Shown: piece by piece, positions 44,605-44,981 of the stretch
Layout: every line of letters begins with the position of its first letter
Position numbering within the stretch: position 1 is the stretch's first letter
DNA from: a virus
Taxonomy: Duplodnaviria; Caudoviricetes
IMG/VR virus record: IMGVR_UViG_3300017700_000220
Location: 1-44,981 of that record
Strand: one strand, 5' to 3'
DNA: 44,981 bases
Position numbers and translations under genes: made by a program
Notes under the pieces: model-generated
Databases searched by the model: none
What the model saw: the letters and a program-made list of their open reading frames with translations, nothing else
What the model was told of the DNA's origin: nothing

Positions 44605-44825
44605 CGTCTAGCCGCCACCATGCGCCCGCATTCGATATTGGGCGCACGCTCTTTCCATGTGAACCCAAAATAGTGAATGAACAATGCACGCGCCTCTTGT
44701 GCAGTTGGCGCGGCGAGATATGCGCCCAACTCTGCCGATCCCATGCTAAACGGTGGCTGGCGTCCTTCAGCTTCATAAAGCCGCTCAAGCGTTGCCGCCT
44801 TGCCCTTGTGCACGATTGCAAACAT
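44601..44825 (-). CDS. Hypothetical protein
   Basis: TAATG coupling to the methyltransferase-like gene; stop inside hairpin E. Confidence 0.7.
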   Translation of the reverse strand: MFAIVHKGKAATLERLYEAEGRQPPFSMGSAELGAYLAAPTAQEARALFIHYFGFTWKERAPNIECGRMVAARR

Positions 44826-44981
44826 TATGCTGCATTCCTTCTATTGATAGGCGATAGCCCGCCCCATTGTTCCGCCATAGCTTGTGCTATGCCGGGGTAA
44901 AACCTAGAACGTTCCTTCCACCGATCCGCGCCCGGTGTCATCATGTGAATGCGTTGTTCACGCCCTTCCACAATGTTAGTC
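44825..44981 (-). CDS. 3' end of the origin-spanning C5 methyltransferase-like gene
   Basis: ...QAMAEQWGGLSPINRRNAA*, TAA at 44827-44825, in frame with 1-599 after removing the 123-bp overlap. Confidence 0.8.
   Translation of the reverse strand, partial: TNIVEGREQRIHMMTPGADRWKERSRFYPGIAQAMAEQWGGLSPINRRNAA
44859..44981. repeat. Terminal direct repeat / circular overlap, right copy
   Basis: Identical to 1-123. Confidence 0.95.

Noticed and set aside
42503-44821. ORF-track N-terminal extensions such as MVRHASYDTAR and MPLTI
   Set aside because: They are translations of the repeat element. The RBS-supported starts are 42503, 43396, 44118 and 44527.
1-44981. Avoidance of some palindromic 6-mers (e.g. 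CTGCAG, GTCGAC, GGATCC)
   Set aside because: Only an impression from reading; it needs a k-mer observed/expected count, which I cannot run.

Overview
The window is an apparently complete, circularly permuted dsDNA tailed phage genome. Bases 1-123 are repeated at 44859-44981, giving a unit length of about 44,858 bp. It has podovirus-type virion genes: T7/BPP-1-like portal, scaffold, capsid, tail tube A and B, and three ejection proteins. I see no phage RNA polymerase, integrase or clear repressor. The layout is: a + strand packaging, structural and lysis arm (1.6-26.8 kb); a - strand replication and nucleotide-metabolism arm (26.8-38.4 kb; PolA, DUF2815 SSB, DUF2800 nuclease, SNF2 helicase, HD and metallophosphoesterase enzymes, DUF5664); a lone + strand primase-helicase; and a - strand arm of small, putatively early genes (40.4 kb through the origin to 0.9 kb). 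Promoter and RBS shapes suggest an alphaproteobacterial host (inference). The most striking unexplained structure is five covarying ~50-60 nt hairpin elements at 42.1-44.6 kb. Each contains the stop codon of one early gene and is followed by the RBS of the next, so they cut this arm into cassette-like units. Other notable items: a TTATATACATG repeat field in the divergent control region; a C5-methyltransferase-like gene split by the contig ends; CBM-like and large insertions in the tail adaptor and nozzle; an S74 chaperone and an NlpC/P60 domain on ejection proteins; and several small ORFs missed by the ORF track. All family calls come from motif recognition by eye, not database searches.
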